This document shows, in pieces, positions 42,329-56,195 of a stretch of DNA of 64,000 bases. Position 1 is the first letter of the stretch. The number at the start of each line of letters is the position of its first letter. Under the pieces are notes generated by a model. It worked only from the letters and a program-made list of their open reading frames with translations. It made no database searches and was not told where the DNA came from. Position numbers and translations under genes: made by a program. This DNA comes from Eledone cirrhosa (lineage: Eukaryota), in NCBI GenBank assembly GCA_964016885.1, contig OZ024742.1, positions 243,350,001 through 243,414,000 on the forward strand. The letters are read 5' to 3'.

Positions 42329-44188
42329 CTATTTTGGTGTTGAAAGTGAAGAAAGAAAAGCACTTACCTCTCCGGCTTGTGTAATTTCCATGGCATCAGG
42401 TGTGTTGGGTGGAGGGATGTTTTGTGGTGGTGTGGGGGTACACGTGTGTGGTGGGGTTGGGGTATTTGGAGTTGTGTCAGGGAGAGGGGCGGTTATGGGG
42501 AAATCTTTCAAGAGGACGCGATTCAACGGTTTTAAACAGGGGGGGCTCACGTCCCGTCTAAATTGTTCTTTTAAGGAACGATAAAGGTCCAGAGGGACCT
42601 TTATCATTTTTAAATGGGTGAAGTTCTCTGTTGAGATAAAGTTTGGCCCTTCGGTCTGCACCATAGGGTTATTGTTTATTAATTTAACCAGTTTTTTGTT
42701 TTCTTTATTTATATATGTGTATTGCAACGTCTTTTTTTGTGATGCTGTCAATGTTTCGGAGAGGGGAGGCGCAGATTTATTTTTGTTTGTTGAGGGTGGG
42801 GTGTTTTTGATTGGAGTTGGTGTTTGTGTGTGGGTTATTTGTGGTGTGCTGGGTGTGTGTTTTCTTTTTTTTCTTTTAACTTGTCTGAAGGCTTCTCCTC
42901 CTTCTTCTTCAGAAGTTGGGGGAAACTCTTCAGCGCTAGGTGGGAGGGACGTGTTGTGTGGTTGTTTTTTTTTGCGGGAGGGGTAGATTTGTTACTGTTT
43001 TTTTTTATTATTTGTTTGGAATGGGTTTTGTGGTGGTGGTGGTAATGTTTGTGTCGTGCTTGTGGTTGGTGATGGTGGTGGTGATGTTTGTGTTGTGGTT
43101 GGTGGTGGTGATTTTTGTGTCGTGCTTGTGTTTGGTGCTGGTGGTGGTGATGTTTGTGTTGTGTTTGTGGTTGGTGGTGTCTGTATTTTGTTTGCTGTGT
43201 GTGGTATTAGTGTATTTTTGGAGGTGGGTGGTGTTGGTGTACTGTTTGTGGTGGGTGTGGGCAATAGTCCTTTTTGGGGGATACGTTTCGGGCAGTTAGC
43301 CTTAACGTGTCCCCTTTCCATGCATAAATAGCATGCTGGTCTTCTCCCCTCTACAATTATGTCTATTGGGGTAAGGTCATCCAGCCAGATGCGATCCGGG
43401 ATTTGTGCTATTCTTTCGGGCCTCATTTGGACTAGTATGTCGAGGCCCATTCCCAGGAACGCATCTCCAGTTGCCTTCCCCATTGACAGCATAGTGTCTT
43501 CGCCCATATCAATGAAGCCAGCAATAGCCCACCAGAAGTCCATTGTGGGCAGCATTGTTTTTACTTTTACTCTCTGTGTTCTTCTACCCATGTAGGAGGG
43601 ATAGAAGCTATATGTTGTCGACGAGAGTGGGCTTAGGGAAAGCTTCTCCGCCGTTTCTTTGTCTCTTGTTAGGACCGAAATGCTGCCATAGAGTCGGTCC
43701 TTTCGTATGAAGAGAATATTCTTCATATAGTCTTTTAGGACTAACTCTATTTCCATTTGGCTGGGCTGTGCTGGCTTTCTTGTCTGGTTCAGTATAGTTC
43801 TGTATAGAACTGTGTTTTCTGCTCTGGCTTTCTTGAATTCTGGGGGGGAGTTAATGGAAAACATTCCGTTCTCCCCCAAAACAATGTGTTTCTTTGCTTC
43901 GGCCAGTTTTTCTCTGGCGGCAGTTAGGTCAATTGGTGTGTATGTAATGGATTGTTTTGTTTTCTGGGCGAAAGTTGCCCTGTCGTTATTTGTATTATTT
44001 TCTGTTTGTTTGTTTTCTGTTTGCTCATTTTCCTTAACATTTGTTTTTTCATTTTGTTTGTTTGTTTCAATGTCTAATTTTGTTGTAATTATTTTTTGTT
44101 CTTCAGACTTGGGGGGCGTGGCAGAGCTAATGGCAGACATGTCTGCCATCTTTTCCGCCATGCTGCCAAGAAAGAAATTTTTCGGCAA
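42329..44188 (-). pseudogene. LINE ORF1 (gag-like, zinc knuckle), frameshifted near 42960-43005
   Basis: CYLCMERGHVKANC knuckle; ORFs 42992-44188 and 42329-42751 are broken at poly-T runs. Confidence 0.85.
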
Positions 44189-44472
44189 AAATAGATATTT
44201 ATTTTACCCCCTAAAAAGGGGGTAAATGCAAAAATGTTTCCCTAAATAACAGGGGTTAGTGTTCCAAATGTGTTGCACTAAAAAATTTATCCGGTACTTA
44301 CAATAGTAAGGGTAAATCCCGATGGAATAGCTGAGCCGATGCGAAGCGTGTCTTACTCTATCAAGATAGATAGATAGATAGATAAATAGGTATGTAGGTT
44401 TGTAGGTAGGCAGGTAGGTAGGAAGGTACAACGACAGACAGACACATAGATAGAAAGATAGATAGATAGATA

Positions 44473-47400
44473 ACTTTCTATTTATTTGCCACCAGGGCAT
44501 CAAAGATTCGGACAAATACAAGGGGGGGGGAGTTTACATACATTTCAAAGGACGTGTAAAACCATATAACAAATCAAATTCAACAATCGAAGTCCTCAAT
44601 AGGGAGGGGCGTTGACGTGGGTCGCACACACACCCGAAAAAAATGTGCAACCCTCCTCCTCAGGAGCACAAAGAGCGGGTGCTCCCTTCCTCTCCTCCTT
44701 CTCCTCTCTCACCTACAGGCTGATATAGAGAGAAGGCCCATTAACTCGGGCCATTCTCGCCACTTTCATAAAACTTGCTGGGGTAGAGCACCTCTCTCTC
44801 CATTCTGATCCTTCTTCTAAAATGGTACTTGAAAACAAAGGACCAGTTGTTGGCCGGAGAGAAAAGTGTCTGACCTCAGCCCTTTCAACCTCGTCCACCA
44901 TACAACCTCTTTCGCCATAGCTATCACACAGAGGAAAACCGCCTCTCCTTCGTTTTTGAAGGGGGGGGGGGGGCGGTTTGATTGTGACAATGTACTCGGT
45001 GGTCAACCGGATTGGTCCTAATCCGCGACAGTAGTCGTTCCACATAGCCCCACAGGTCAGCAACGCCCGGGCAGTGTACGAATGCGTGCGCTACGGTTTC
45101 CTGGTCATGCACGCATCTCGGACAGATCTTCTTCGAGGGGTCCCTACCCAGGCGCCCGTGTCTGTAGAGCTTGTCCCGAACGGGTAGAGCTCCTCGGTAG
45201 CACTGCCAAGCCAGGGACTTTTGGAAGTTGTCCATCGGTCCCGGGCCAAACGTCCTACCGAACAGACTGGCTAGCTCGTCTTCCTCCATGCCCAGAGCCT
45301 CTCCGAGAGCGTCGTCGCACTTGCTGCGCACCAATTCTCTATAGAATGTTGAGGTTGAGTCTCCACTGATTGCCGGATCCGCTTGCCAGAGGGCCATGAG
45401 CGCCTGGGCACATTCAATGTGCTAGTCGCCCACTTTTCTCTGTCTTCGCTTGACCCAGGATTGTAGCTCAGTGAGTGAGACGAGTCTCGGAAAGGCTCGC
45501 CTCACAAAAGGGGCCCACACCGGCTGACCGGCGAGGAATACCTGGAGGTGCCGTAGCCGTAATGCGTGTCTACGCATCCCCAGCCCTCCGTTCGAAGGGT
45601 GTTGACAGCAGATGGATCTTCTCACCAAAGAGACCCGCTTCTTCCAAAGGAATCGAAAGAGCGCGCGCTCCATTTTGGCGAGCGTTTTCGCTGGGCAAGG
45701 CACGACGGTCAAGCGGTAGTAGATGACGGTCGCTATATAAGTGTTCGCCACCTCCGCTCGACCTTTCAGGGATAGTTTGCACTCAGCCCACTTCTGGGCG
45801 AGTGCAAACACCCTGCCCGTTACCTCGTCCCAGTTTTTCTCCACCTGGAGATCCGGTCCGAACCAGACCCCGAGCAGCTTCACCGGTCCTTCCGTCCAGC
45901 GTCCGACAACGCCGTCGGAGGGCATCGGTTTACCTCTCCACGTTCCGAGTTGCAAACCGACGGTTCAGCTTGGCTCCTGTAAACTTTTCGTATTCCTCCA
46001 GTAAGGTGCCGATCTGCCCGATTTCCGAGGCGCACGACACCATTACTCTCACGTCATCGGCGTAGGCCGACACCGCTTTCCGCAATCCCAGTTCCAAGGG
46101 GATTCCCTGCAACAGCTCCAACTTCCGCAGTAGTGGCTCGAGAGCCAGCACATACAGAAGGAAGGAGAGAGGGAATCCCTGTCGGATGGATCGCGCGATT
46201 TGGAACGGCTCCGAGAGGTAGCCGTTCACCTTGACCCTCGAGCAGGTGTTGCTGCTGTGTATTGCAGCAATCCAGCCCCTGAAAACGGGTCCTAAGCCTT
46301 CCGCCGCGAGCACCGCATCCAGGTACCTATGGTCGACCCTATCGAACGCCTTAGATTGATCCAAGTTGATCAGGGCCCCACCAAAGCCGGGTTCGTTCCC
46401 TACCCTCTCTACAATGTATCGCATGTGGTGGAGGTTATCGTGTATGGACCTGGATGGGATTGCACATGTCTGCGCTTCTCCCACCAAGTTCCCGACGACA
46501 AACGCCAACCTCTTCGCTAACACCTTGGCCAAAATCTGTGTTTAGCAGAGTTATGGGCCTGAAGTTATCTATGTCATCCCCCTTGTTCTCGTCCTTCCTC
46601 ACCAGCGTGACTACGCCCTTAGTGTCACAGAACTGGGAATTCTCCCGTTCTGTTTCCAGTTGCAGTAGACCGCCTCGAGGAGATCGGAGAACAAGTCCGG
46701 CATCGCTACATAAAGTTCGTATGGTAGACCATCGAGACCAGGAGATTTGCGTTTGCTGCATTGGCTCAGCGCTTCCCCTATTTCAGCGGCTGAAATCGGC
46801 CTTTCGCAGGACTTCGCCTCCCCGTCCGAGAGCCGCGGCAGACCATCGACGTATGGACCGAAATCCATGGCCTCACCCAGCCCGCTGCCCTTCCCGAACA
46901 GTCGTGCAAAGCGCCGTTGAAAGGCCGCGCACATCCGCTCAGGTTCAAGGATCACGCGTCCATCCTGGTCCTTCAAGGACCGAATCGTGGACTTGTTTCC
47001 ACTTTTTGCCTCTGTCACTCGGGCCCAGCTAACAGCTTTGGCTCCCTCGTTACCCAGGGCACGTATTTTACTCCTGACAACGCAGCCCTCGTGCTTCGCG
47101 TCAAAGAACTGATCTAGGGCCGTTCTTGACGCCAGCACGCCGGCCACGTTGCCACTCCTAATCGCCTCTTCTACTCTATTTATCAATTCCCTTTCAGTTC
47201 TATTCCTATCTGATGCTAATTCCTGACTAAAACCTATCGATTCTATTCTAATTTCTCTCTTAATCCGCTTACTGTAAGATTTGTTTGTCGGTAAGGACAA
47301 GTTTAGCATCCAGTAACCGGGTCCTTGTCTATGGATTCTATCAAGGTTGACCACTCCGGTCACCAACTTGTGATCCGAATAGTCAACCATGAACATTCGT

Positions 47401-50132
47401 GGACAGCTTAATATGTCCCTATCCTTATTTCTAACTAGGAACCTATCTAGGTACGACCTAGATGTTCCGCTACGATTAGTCCACGTCCACAGTGGCACAG
47501 TCGGAAAATCTAGTCGATATCTATCGGCCAGATCAAATCGGCCGATTAACCGTTTGAGGCTGTTACACTCTCCTCTATCGGGACATGCCCCTACATAGTT
47601 CCAACGTGCATCCAGGATACCATTCCAGTCCCCCACTAAAAGCAAGGAGCGAGACATTCCCAGAAAAGTCTCTAGGCGCTGGAAGAAGTCCGGTCGCGAT
47701 GTCCCAGATGGGGCATACGCTGCCACCAGCCTGAAGGCTCCACCTTCACTACTGCCGACGTCTAGAACCACCAATCAACCTTCCGGGTCCAGGTGTACCT
47801 TCCGTGTTGCGAGGCCCAGGTGTTTTCGCAGCAGAACGACCACCCCGCCCCCACCCCCGGCTGACAGAGAGATGCATAACTCTCAAAGTCGTCGAAGATG
47901 GGGGCCAGTTGGTGCTCGCTGGTGATCCTGGACTCGCAAATAGCTATCACATCCATTATGTGCGACCTGAGGTCATTTAAGAGTTTGCCCTGCTTCCAGG
48001 ACAACCCCAGGCCGCGCACATTTAAACATCCAACTCTTATAACAGCCATGTTGGTGGGTAAGAGTTTAGAGTGGAGAAACAGGAAAAGACACCTACCTGT
48101 CCTTCTCCTGGGGACCAGGCTGCACAATTTCCATGGGGGTGTCGGCGGGGTTGTTTGGTGGGGTGGTGGTTTGGGATGTGGTGGGGACATCAGTGTGTGG
48201 TGGGGTTGGGGTGTTTGGTGGGGAAGGGGTGTCTGGGGTGGTGGCGGGGAAACATTTCAAGAGGACGCGGTTGCTAAGTCTAGTACAAGGGTTCCCCACG
48301 TCCTCGGGAAAGTTCTGTTTGAGCATTGCGTAGGTGTCCCTTGGGACCCTAAATCATTTTTAAATGCAGTTTAGTCACCGCGTTGGTGAACATTTTCCCT
48401 TTGGTTTCCACCGAAGGGTCTTTGTCTATTGTTTGCACAAGTGTTTTGTTGTTTGTGTTGATGTATGTATACTGTTTTTGTTGTGTTGTGTTTGTTTTTG
48501 TTTGTTGTTCTTGTGTGTGTTTGCGTTTTGTAGTATGTGTTATATTTTTGGGTGGGGTGGGTTTTTTTGTTTGTGATGTTTGTTCTGTTTGTGCTGGTGG
48601 TTGTGTGTTTGTTGCATTTTTGTTGATGTGGTGCCTTCTTTTCTTTCTTTTTACCGGTTGAAAGGGTTCTCCCCCGTCGTCACTGGGTAACGTTGATAAG
48701 GGGTCCTCGTCCGTGTTGTTGGGGAGGGGTATATTTTGGGATTTTGTTGTGGTTGCTTTTGTATTTGTTTTAGGTGGGGAGGGGTTGGGTGGGACAGTGT
48801 CTTGTGTTGTTATTTTTGCGTGTTGTGGTGGTGGTGGTTGTGTTGTTGTGTGTGGGGTGGGCAAAAGCGTCTTTTGGGGGGAGGGGCATTTAAAAGGGGA
48901 CAGGAAGCCCTCAGGTGACCACTTCTTGAACAGTGGTAGCATGAAGGCCGCCTGCTCTCAACAGAAATGTTTATGAAGGCGACTCCATCCAGGGACACAC
49001 GCTGCGGTATTCTTGCTATCCGTTCTGGTCTCATTTGGACCAGAACTTCAAGGCTATTGCCGCCGAATACGCCCTCGGTGGATTCGCCTATCGAAAGGAT
49101 TGTCTCTTCATCTTCTAAGAATCCCGTTAGCACCCACCAAATGCTCGCATTTGGCCTGGTACCCGAGATTCTTATCTTTTGAGTTCTTTTCCCCAAATAT
49201 GTGGGGAAAAAGCTGCATGCTTTGGATACAATTGGCGACACAGAATATTTCCGTGCCGCCAATTCATCTTGCATTAAAACAGATATGCTTCCATACAGTT
49301 TCCCTTTCTGTATGAAAGCGATATCCTTCCTGGCACTACTTAGGACCAGCTCAATTTCGCTTTGGGACAATTGAGCCAGTTTCCTAGTCGTGTTCGAAAC
49401 TGTTCTAAATATTACGGTTCTGGGGACTGTGTCCCTTCTAATTTCTTCAGGGGGGGGGGGTAATTGTGAATTCCCCACCTTCCCCGAAACTTACACAATT
49501 CCTTGCTTCTTTCAGCAATTTCTTGGCATTCGAGATGTCCAGTGCCTTGTATGTCTGCGTTTCTCGGACCGCCTGTGCGAAGGAGACTGCAGCTGTGGGT
49601 CCTTTTTCTTTCGTGTTGTTATCATTGTTGTTGATGTTATTCGTGTTGGCTTGCTTTTTTCCTTTGTTGGTGTTGTCATTATTGCTGTTGTTGGTTGTGT
49701 TGTTATTGTCATTGTTGCTGTTGTTGGTTGTGTTGTTATTGTCATTGTTGTTCTTATTTGTGTAATTGTTACTTTTGGGGTTTTCACCCATTTCCACAAT
49801 TTTTTCTTTTGATTCCGTGGTGTCTTTTGCGGGAGTGGGGAGGGAAGGCTTACAGCGTTGTGCTGCTACCTTCTCTCTATCACTTTCATTGGGGGGGGCG
49901 TGGCATACGTCGTGTTAATGGCGTCCATTGTCACTAAACGACTTTTTATCGATAACTTATAACTATCAAATTTCGCCCCAAAATGGGGCGAAATTTATTT
50001 TACCCAACGTCTGCAGGCCCAGGCGAAGGGTTAAACACAACAAATAACAAGTAGCTTAAACAAACCTACCGCTTCTCGTAATAAATTCCGACAAAATGCA
50101 GGAATGAAACAAAAACACATCTATCTTTACCG
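44473..50132 (-). mobile_element. Full-length degenerate Tx1-like LINE, copy 2 (divergent subfamily), in (GATA)n
   Basis: Frameshifted ORF2 44713-48049 (YADD, GDWN, SDH); ORF1 with CYHCSRSGHLRASC; same 3' terminus as copy 1. Confidence 0.92.
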
Positions 50133-50148
50133 AGATATATAGATAGAT

Positions 50149-50221
<73 letters not shown>

Positions 50222-50240
50222 TATTTCTTTTATTTGCCAC
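50222..50240 (-). mobile_element. About 20-bp Tx1 3' terminus inside (GATA)n
   Basis: TTTCTTTTATTTGCCAC embedded in GATA repeats. Confidence 0.65.
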
Positions 50241-50285
<45 letters not shown>

Positions 50286-50690
50286 TTGACATTGATCTAT
50301 AACAAGTCTGTTGCGGTGATTATTTTGGCGAATGGATAAATGAGGATCTTTATAAAGACAAGTTATCTAGGAATATACACGCTTGAGTAGATTCTGACAT
50401 AATGAACATTGAAACATTGAGTCAGGAGATAGATGTCTCTTTATGATGGCTTTCAAAAACATTCCGTCTACGAAAACAAAAGCTCAGAATACAGAACCAT
50501 AGAAACAGCTGTGTCTAGTCTAACTTGGTAGTTTTCAGATACGGCATTTCCTTTTCTAAGCAGCAACTATACTAACAAATATTTCCCGCGTCGCAACAAG
50601 TCTGCCAAATATGTTTCAAACTTAGCAAATTAAAGCCTTCAGTAGTCAACACATTTCTCTTTCTTCCTCACGCATGTTTTCATAAACATG

Positions 50691-50785
<95 letters not shown>

Positions 50786-50789
<4 letters not shown>

Positions 50790-50981
50790 TTAATATAGAT
50801 GAGATTCTACAGGACTAGAACTGTTTCATTCTTTAGAAATCATCAGGATTCCTGATGATTTCTAAAGAATGAAACAGTTCTAGTCCTGTAGAATCTCATC
50901 TATATTAAAACTTTTATACTCTGCTATGTATTGAGTACCTTACTTACTGTGGTTACCTCCGATTCAACCCGGAATAACTTA

Positions 50982-50983
<2 letters not shown>
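50786..50983 (+). mobile_element. Fold-back pLTR with complete hammerhead (50846-50896)
   Basis: Palindrome 50786-50912; GATTC-CTGATGA-TTTCT/AGAAT-GAAACAG..CTGTA-GAATC. Confidence 0.8.
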
Positions 50984-51020
<37 letters not shown>

Positions 51021-51619
51021 ACACACATATATACATTATATATATATGTATATATAGATTATATATACTGTATATATATATGCGCATACACACACGTTGA
51101 CTAACTTTCACACACAGTCATACACTCTTTGTTTCTATTTCTCCTTCTATTTTCTCTGTCCCTCTCTCTCTCTCTCTCTTTCTCTCTTTTCCTCTCTCCC
51201 TCCCGCTCTCTCTCTCTCTCTCTCTCTCTATTTATCTATCTCTCCCTCTCTCTCTCACCATCTCTTTTTTTTTTTCTTCCTCTATATTTCAGATTTTCTT
51301 TCTTTCTCCTGTTTCTTGATCACTCTTTTTTTTATGGCTGCTCTTTTGTTACAATCTTTGATTATCTCTTGGAATGCCCTAGCATCATCATCATCAACGT
51401 CATCGTTGTCGCCATCACCATCACCCCCACCATCATCATCATCAACGTCATCGTTGTCGCCATCACCATCACCACCACCACCATCATCATAATTTTACGT
51501 CGCTTCCTTGCTGGCGCGAGTTGGGCGTGTCGTCGTGGTCTGTTTCGGTTCTTATTCGCCTATGTGTAGTTACTGAACACCTTGACGGGTCGGATGAGCA
51601 CGACTCACTCGTACGTCCC

Positions 51620-51973
<354 letters not shown>

Positions 51974-51989
51974 ATATATATATATATAT

Positions 51990-52176
51990 ATTAAAGAGTT
52001 AAATAAGATTCAATGAGTACATCAAAGAATAAGTTTTACAGTAGAATGGAAGCACTCTACAGACAAAAGTTTTTCCAGAGTTATTAATATTAAAATACAA
52101 ATATTAATAAAATAGATGTTCTTTTGATCAATTAAATTTTATTATACATATTTCAGAGGTACAACCTCTGAAATAT

Positions 52177-52178
<2 letters not shown>
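51990..52178 (-). mobile_element. pLTR fragment ending in a 33-bp fold-back at a hammerhead stem II-like hairpin
   Basis: AGAGG-TTGTA-CCTCT-GAAATATGTA; palindrome 52146-52178. Confidence 0.55.
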
Positions 52179-52219
<41 letters not shown>

Positions 52220-52220
52220 A

Positions 52221-52290
<70 letters not shown>

Positions 52291-52293
<3 letters not shown>

Positions 52294-52420
52294 GATCCGA
52301 ATAGGATGAAACAATTGTTCTCGGTACCGTGAATTAACTGTTGGGGAACTATTTCTACCAATCTCGTCCCATGGACTGAGTGCTCTACTACTACGGATAT
52401 AACCCTCCAGTGTTCTACTA
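52291..52420 (+). mobile_element. pLTR fragment truncated within the hammerhead core
   Basis: (TA)n-GAG-G-ATCC/GGAT-GAAACAATTGTT, palindromic stem III. Confidence 0.55.
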
Positions 52421-52423
52421 TAT

Positions 52424-52517
<94 letters not shown>

Positions 52518-52519
52518 GA

Positions 52520-54360
52520 GACATAGTAAACCCCTTCCATCGATATTTTTGTCCAAACTTGTCTTATATCTTCTCTTACCTCCTTGTTTTCTTCGATGTC
52601 GTCTCTATATCTTCATGTAGCTGTTCCTATTTCTCTATCCCTCTCGCATAATCCACTCCATGTTTCTTTACGCACATCTATTATTCTCTGTTCAGGCTAA
52701 ATGTCCTGCCAACCTTCACTTCCTTTTTGCTATTTCCCGAAGAATATCTTTAACTCCTGTCTCCCTTCTTATCTCTTCATACATAATTCTATCTTTCACC
52801 GTTCTTCTTTCCATCGCATATTGTATTGTTATGATTTACCTTCTATCGTCTGCTCCTGTATTCTAGTGTTGGTAATATGCGTTGGTTTATTCATAAGAGT
52901 AGAAACAATTCCATCTCACCATTACCACCCTTATTCTTGCTCGTAACTCTTCTGTGTCTGCTATGTTAACTACCTGGGTAAACATATAACCCACATGACA
53001 GGTGCAATGTGTCCGAACACGTAAGAGCCGAACTCCCACTGTCATCGCCTCCATCTCTCTCGCCCTCCCCATCTCTCTGTATTGTGAGCAAATGGGGCCA
53101 CACGTGCTGGCCGCCCCTCAGTGGACTGAAAGGAGGAGGGGTTTCCCCGGAGGATGGTAAGGGAGGTGCGCTGGAAGAGCCATTCCATCTCGCAATAACT
53201 ACTTAGGTTATTATCTACTCTATTATTTTGTCTTCTATCCTTATCTCTTCCAGTGTGCGCTACAGTTTGTCATATAACTATTTATTCCTTTGTGCATGTT
53301 CAATGCCATGTTTTTTGCCTGCTCTATTCATTTCATTTAGTTGTCCTAATTTTCCTATTGTACGTTTGGTGATTGATGTAATTTGAAAATTTACATCTAT
53401 TAAGTGCTTTCCATCTATCATTATTCCACCTTACTCTAAATCTATTTTCTTGAATATTTCTAGCAGTACGCTAGTGAAGGGCCCTTCTTATTGTATGAAC
53501 CTCCTTTCCGAACAGTCATCATCTAAGTATATCTTTAGTAGATGATTTTAAGTATGTGAACATAGGTTTGATTTATGCCTATTGTGATGAGGTGATCTTA
53601 TAAGGTTTTATATTCTATAGAGTCAAACGTCCTTTCATAGTCTGTGTAGCCATACTTATTTGACTTTTCTTCTACTTCTTCGTCCACTGATTACTGGGAG
53701 AGTCCTGGTGGAAGAGCCTTCAAGTACACCTTACAGTGGTTCCTGTCAGGAGCAACCATCTCCAATTGATCCGACTGGATTCCCAAGCGTGACCAGCCAA
53801 GCTCATGGATGTTATCCAACCATCTTGCTCGGAGTCTACTCCTGGGCCTCCTGCCGGTTGTTTTTTCTCGTAAAATCTGTCCAGCGATTCTTTCTAGAGA
53901 CATTCTAACCACATATCCGTAATATCGGAACTGGAATCTCTTAGTTATCTTTGCTATCACTTGAATTAACGATTGAAAATTATCTGTTGTGGAGAATTTC
54001 TTTCTGAAGCCTGTTTGTTTCCTTGGTTTATTTTCATCTAAGTCTGCGGATGAAAATCTTGTAGAGTTGGGATAATAAACTGATTGAACTTGAGTTTTTT
54101 ATGTATTTCCTGTCCTCCTTTTTTATGTAGCAGTGTGATCTTTACTTTATTCTGTACGTCAGAAAATGTCTTTGCTGTTAGAACCCTATTCAATAATGTT
54201 ACTATCATCCTTATTTTCTGCCTACATTTAGCATGTCAGCTGTGCTCCCATCGTTTCGTAAAGCTTTGTTATTTATTTTTCTTCAATGCCTTTACTGATT
54301 TCTCTTCTAGAATCTGCGATAGTTCCTCTGGGTTGATAGCTTACTTTCGAACTGTTTAGC
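52520..54360 (-). pseudogene. Degenerate RTE-like LINE remnant with a nested RTE 3' fragment (53691-53960)
   Basis: DYERTFDSI (RT motif); RYYGYVVRM...GRRPRSRLRARWLDNI. Confidence 0.6.
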
Positions 54361-54380
54361 TCCTGATAAAAGTATAAAGT

Positions 54381-54716
54381 GAAGGCGCATGGTTTAGTGG
54401 TTAGAGCATTGGGTTTTCAATTGAGAGGTTGTGAGTTCGATTCTCGGACCGGGTGACGCGTTGTGTCCTTGAGCAAGACACTTTATTTCACGTTGCTCCA
54501 GTTTACTCAGCTGTAGAAATGAGTTGCGACGTCACTGGGGTGTCAAGCTGTATCGGTCATAGCCTTTCCTTTGGACAACATCTCTTTGGAGAGAGGAAGC
54601 TGGTGTGCATGAGCGACTGCTGGTCTTCCACAAAACAAACCTTGCCCAGGCTAGTGCCTCGGAGGGAAACTTTCTAGGTGCAAAACCATGGTTATTCGTG
54701 ACCGAGTGGGGCCTTC
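54381..54716 (+). mobile_element. SINE family B, tail type 2
   Basis: tRNA boxes and core; tail shared with 61836-62118. Confidence 0.85.
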
Positions 54717-55003
54717 AAAAGTATAAACATATCTTTGATATCTCGGTTTTATCCTGCGTTAAATCCCCATTTCTTTTTCTCATTTCGGTCATTCTGCTTT
54801 CGTTCTTTCCTATTTCTATTTCTTTCCGCCCTCCATCTTTGTTTTCTTGGTTTCCTAACTGTCTTTATGATTTCTGAGTAATCTACTTTTTCCTGAATAG
54901 ACTTCAACTCTTTTATTCTGTTGTCTAGCTGCCCTATTTTTTCCTAACTCTATCTTATTTACTCTTCTGTTTGTTGGCAATGGTGCTAACTCCTCTGCTG
55001 TTG

Positions 55004-55106
<103 letters not shown>

Positions 55107-55219
55107 TACATACATACATACATACATACATACATACATACATACATACATACATACATACATACATAATACATACACACATATATATATATGCGATATA
55201 TATGCGATATATAAATATG

Positions 55220-55304
<85 letters not shown>

Positions 55305-56195
55305 AACGAAAGAACCAAGCAAATGTATAAAGATAGTTGAATAGCAAATGCTAGTGTATATGTATGCTGTCATATCACAACATGCCAGAACATCATGACC
55401 AAATTCCTATTTCTTGGCTGTTTGTTTCATTCTATTTTGGAAGTTTTAACGACATTTCTAACAGAAACCTATTTCGTGTTTAGGTGAAACCAGGCGGTAA
55501 GTCATGCCAACTCTTGACTTGCGACACTTGTAGGCAGCAATGAAAAACAAAAACAAAAACAAGCAACAAGATGGTGGCCAGAATGTGTGAATTGTGTTTT
55601 ATGACGTCACTTTCTCGTAGCTTGTTTATTCAAATTATTGCCTATTAATATTCGCCAGATGTCACTACTTGTCAAACGTTTTCATCTTGTAGATGTTGAT
55701 GGATCCGAGCGCTCTTGTTTTATGTGTGTGCTTTATAATTTCGTGTGTGTGTTTTGTTAAGGGGTGAGGGTTGTGTTTTGTTAAGGACTTTTTATGTTTT
55801 ATTAAGGGTATTTTTTTGTGAAGTGGGGTGGAGTCCTTTGCATAACATTGACAACAGAAACGGAGCGAATAGCATTCGAAATCTGATAGAATTAAGTAAA
55901 CTGTGTACGGGTGTATGGGTGTGTATGAAAGAGGGTGGGCAGAGAAAAAGACAGACTGAGAAAGAATCAAAAAGATACGGTCACATACAGCTAGACAGGC
56001 GAGCTGAAAAGGGAGAACCAGACATAGAAAGAGCAGAGAGAGAGACGGAGACAGACAGGGAAAGAGAGGGCAAGGCGGGGAGAAATTGTGTGAATAAGAT
56101 TGAGAGTAAGAGTACCCTATTACTTAGAGTATTATCCTGAAATTGACGTACTAATTTGCTTATTATTAGCGCTCAAATTTGTAGTTAATATATAT

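Larger units (their letters stand above)
38660..44363 (-). mobile_element. Full-length Tx1/L1-clade LINE, copy 1, in (GATA)n
   Basis: ORF1 + ORF2 + 3' UTR ending GTGGCAAATAAATAGAAA-(TCTA)n. Confidence 0.92.

Noticed and set aside
38792-49937. Plus-strand ORFs over the LINEs
   Set aside because: Antisense shadows of GC-richer LINE coding sequence
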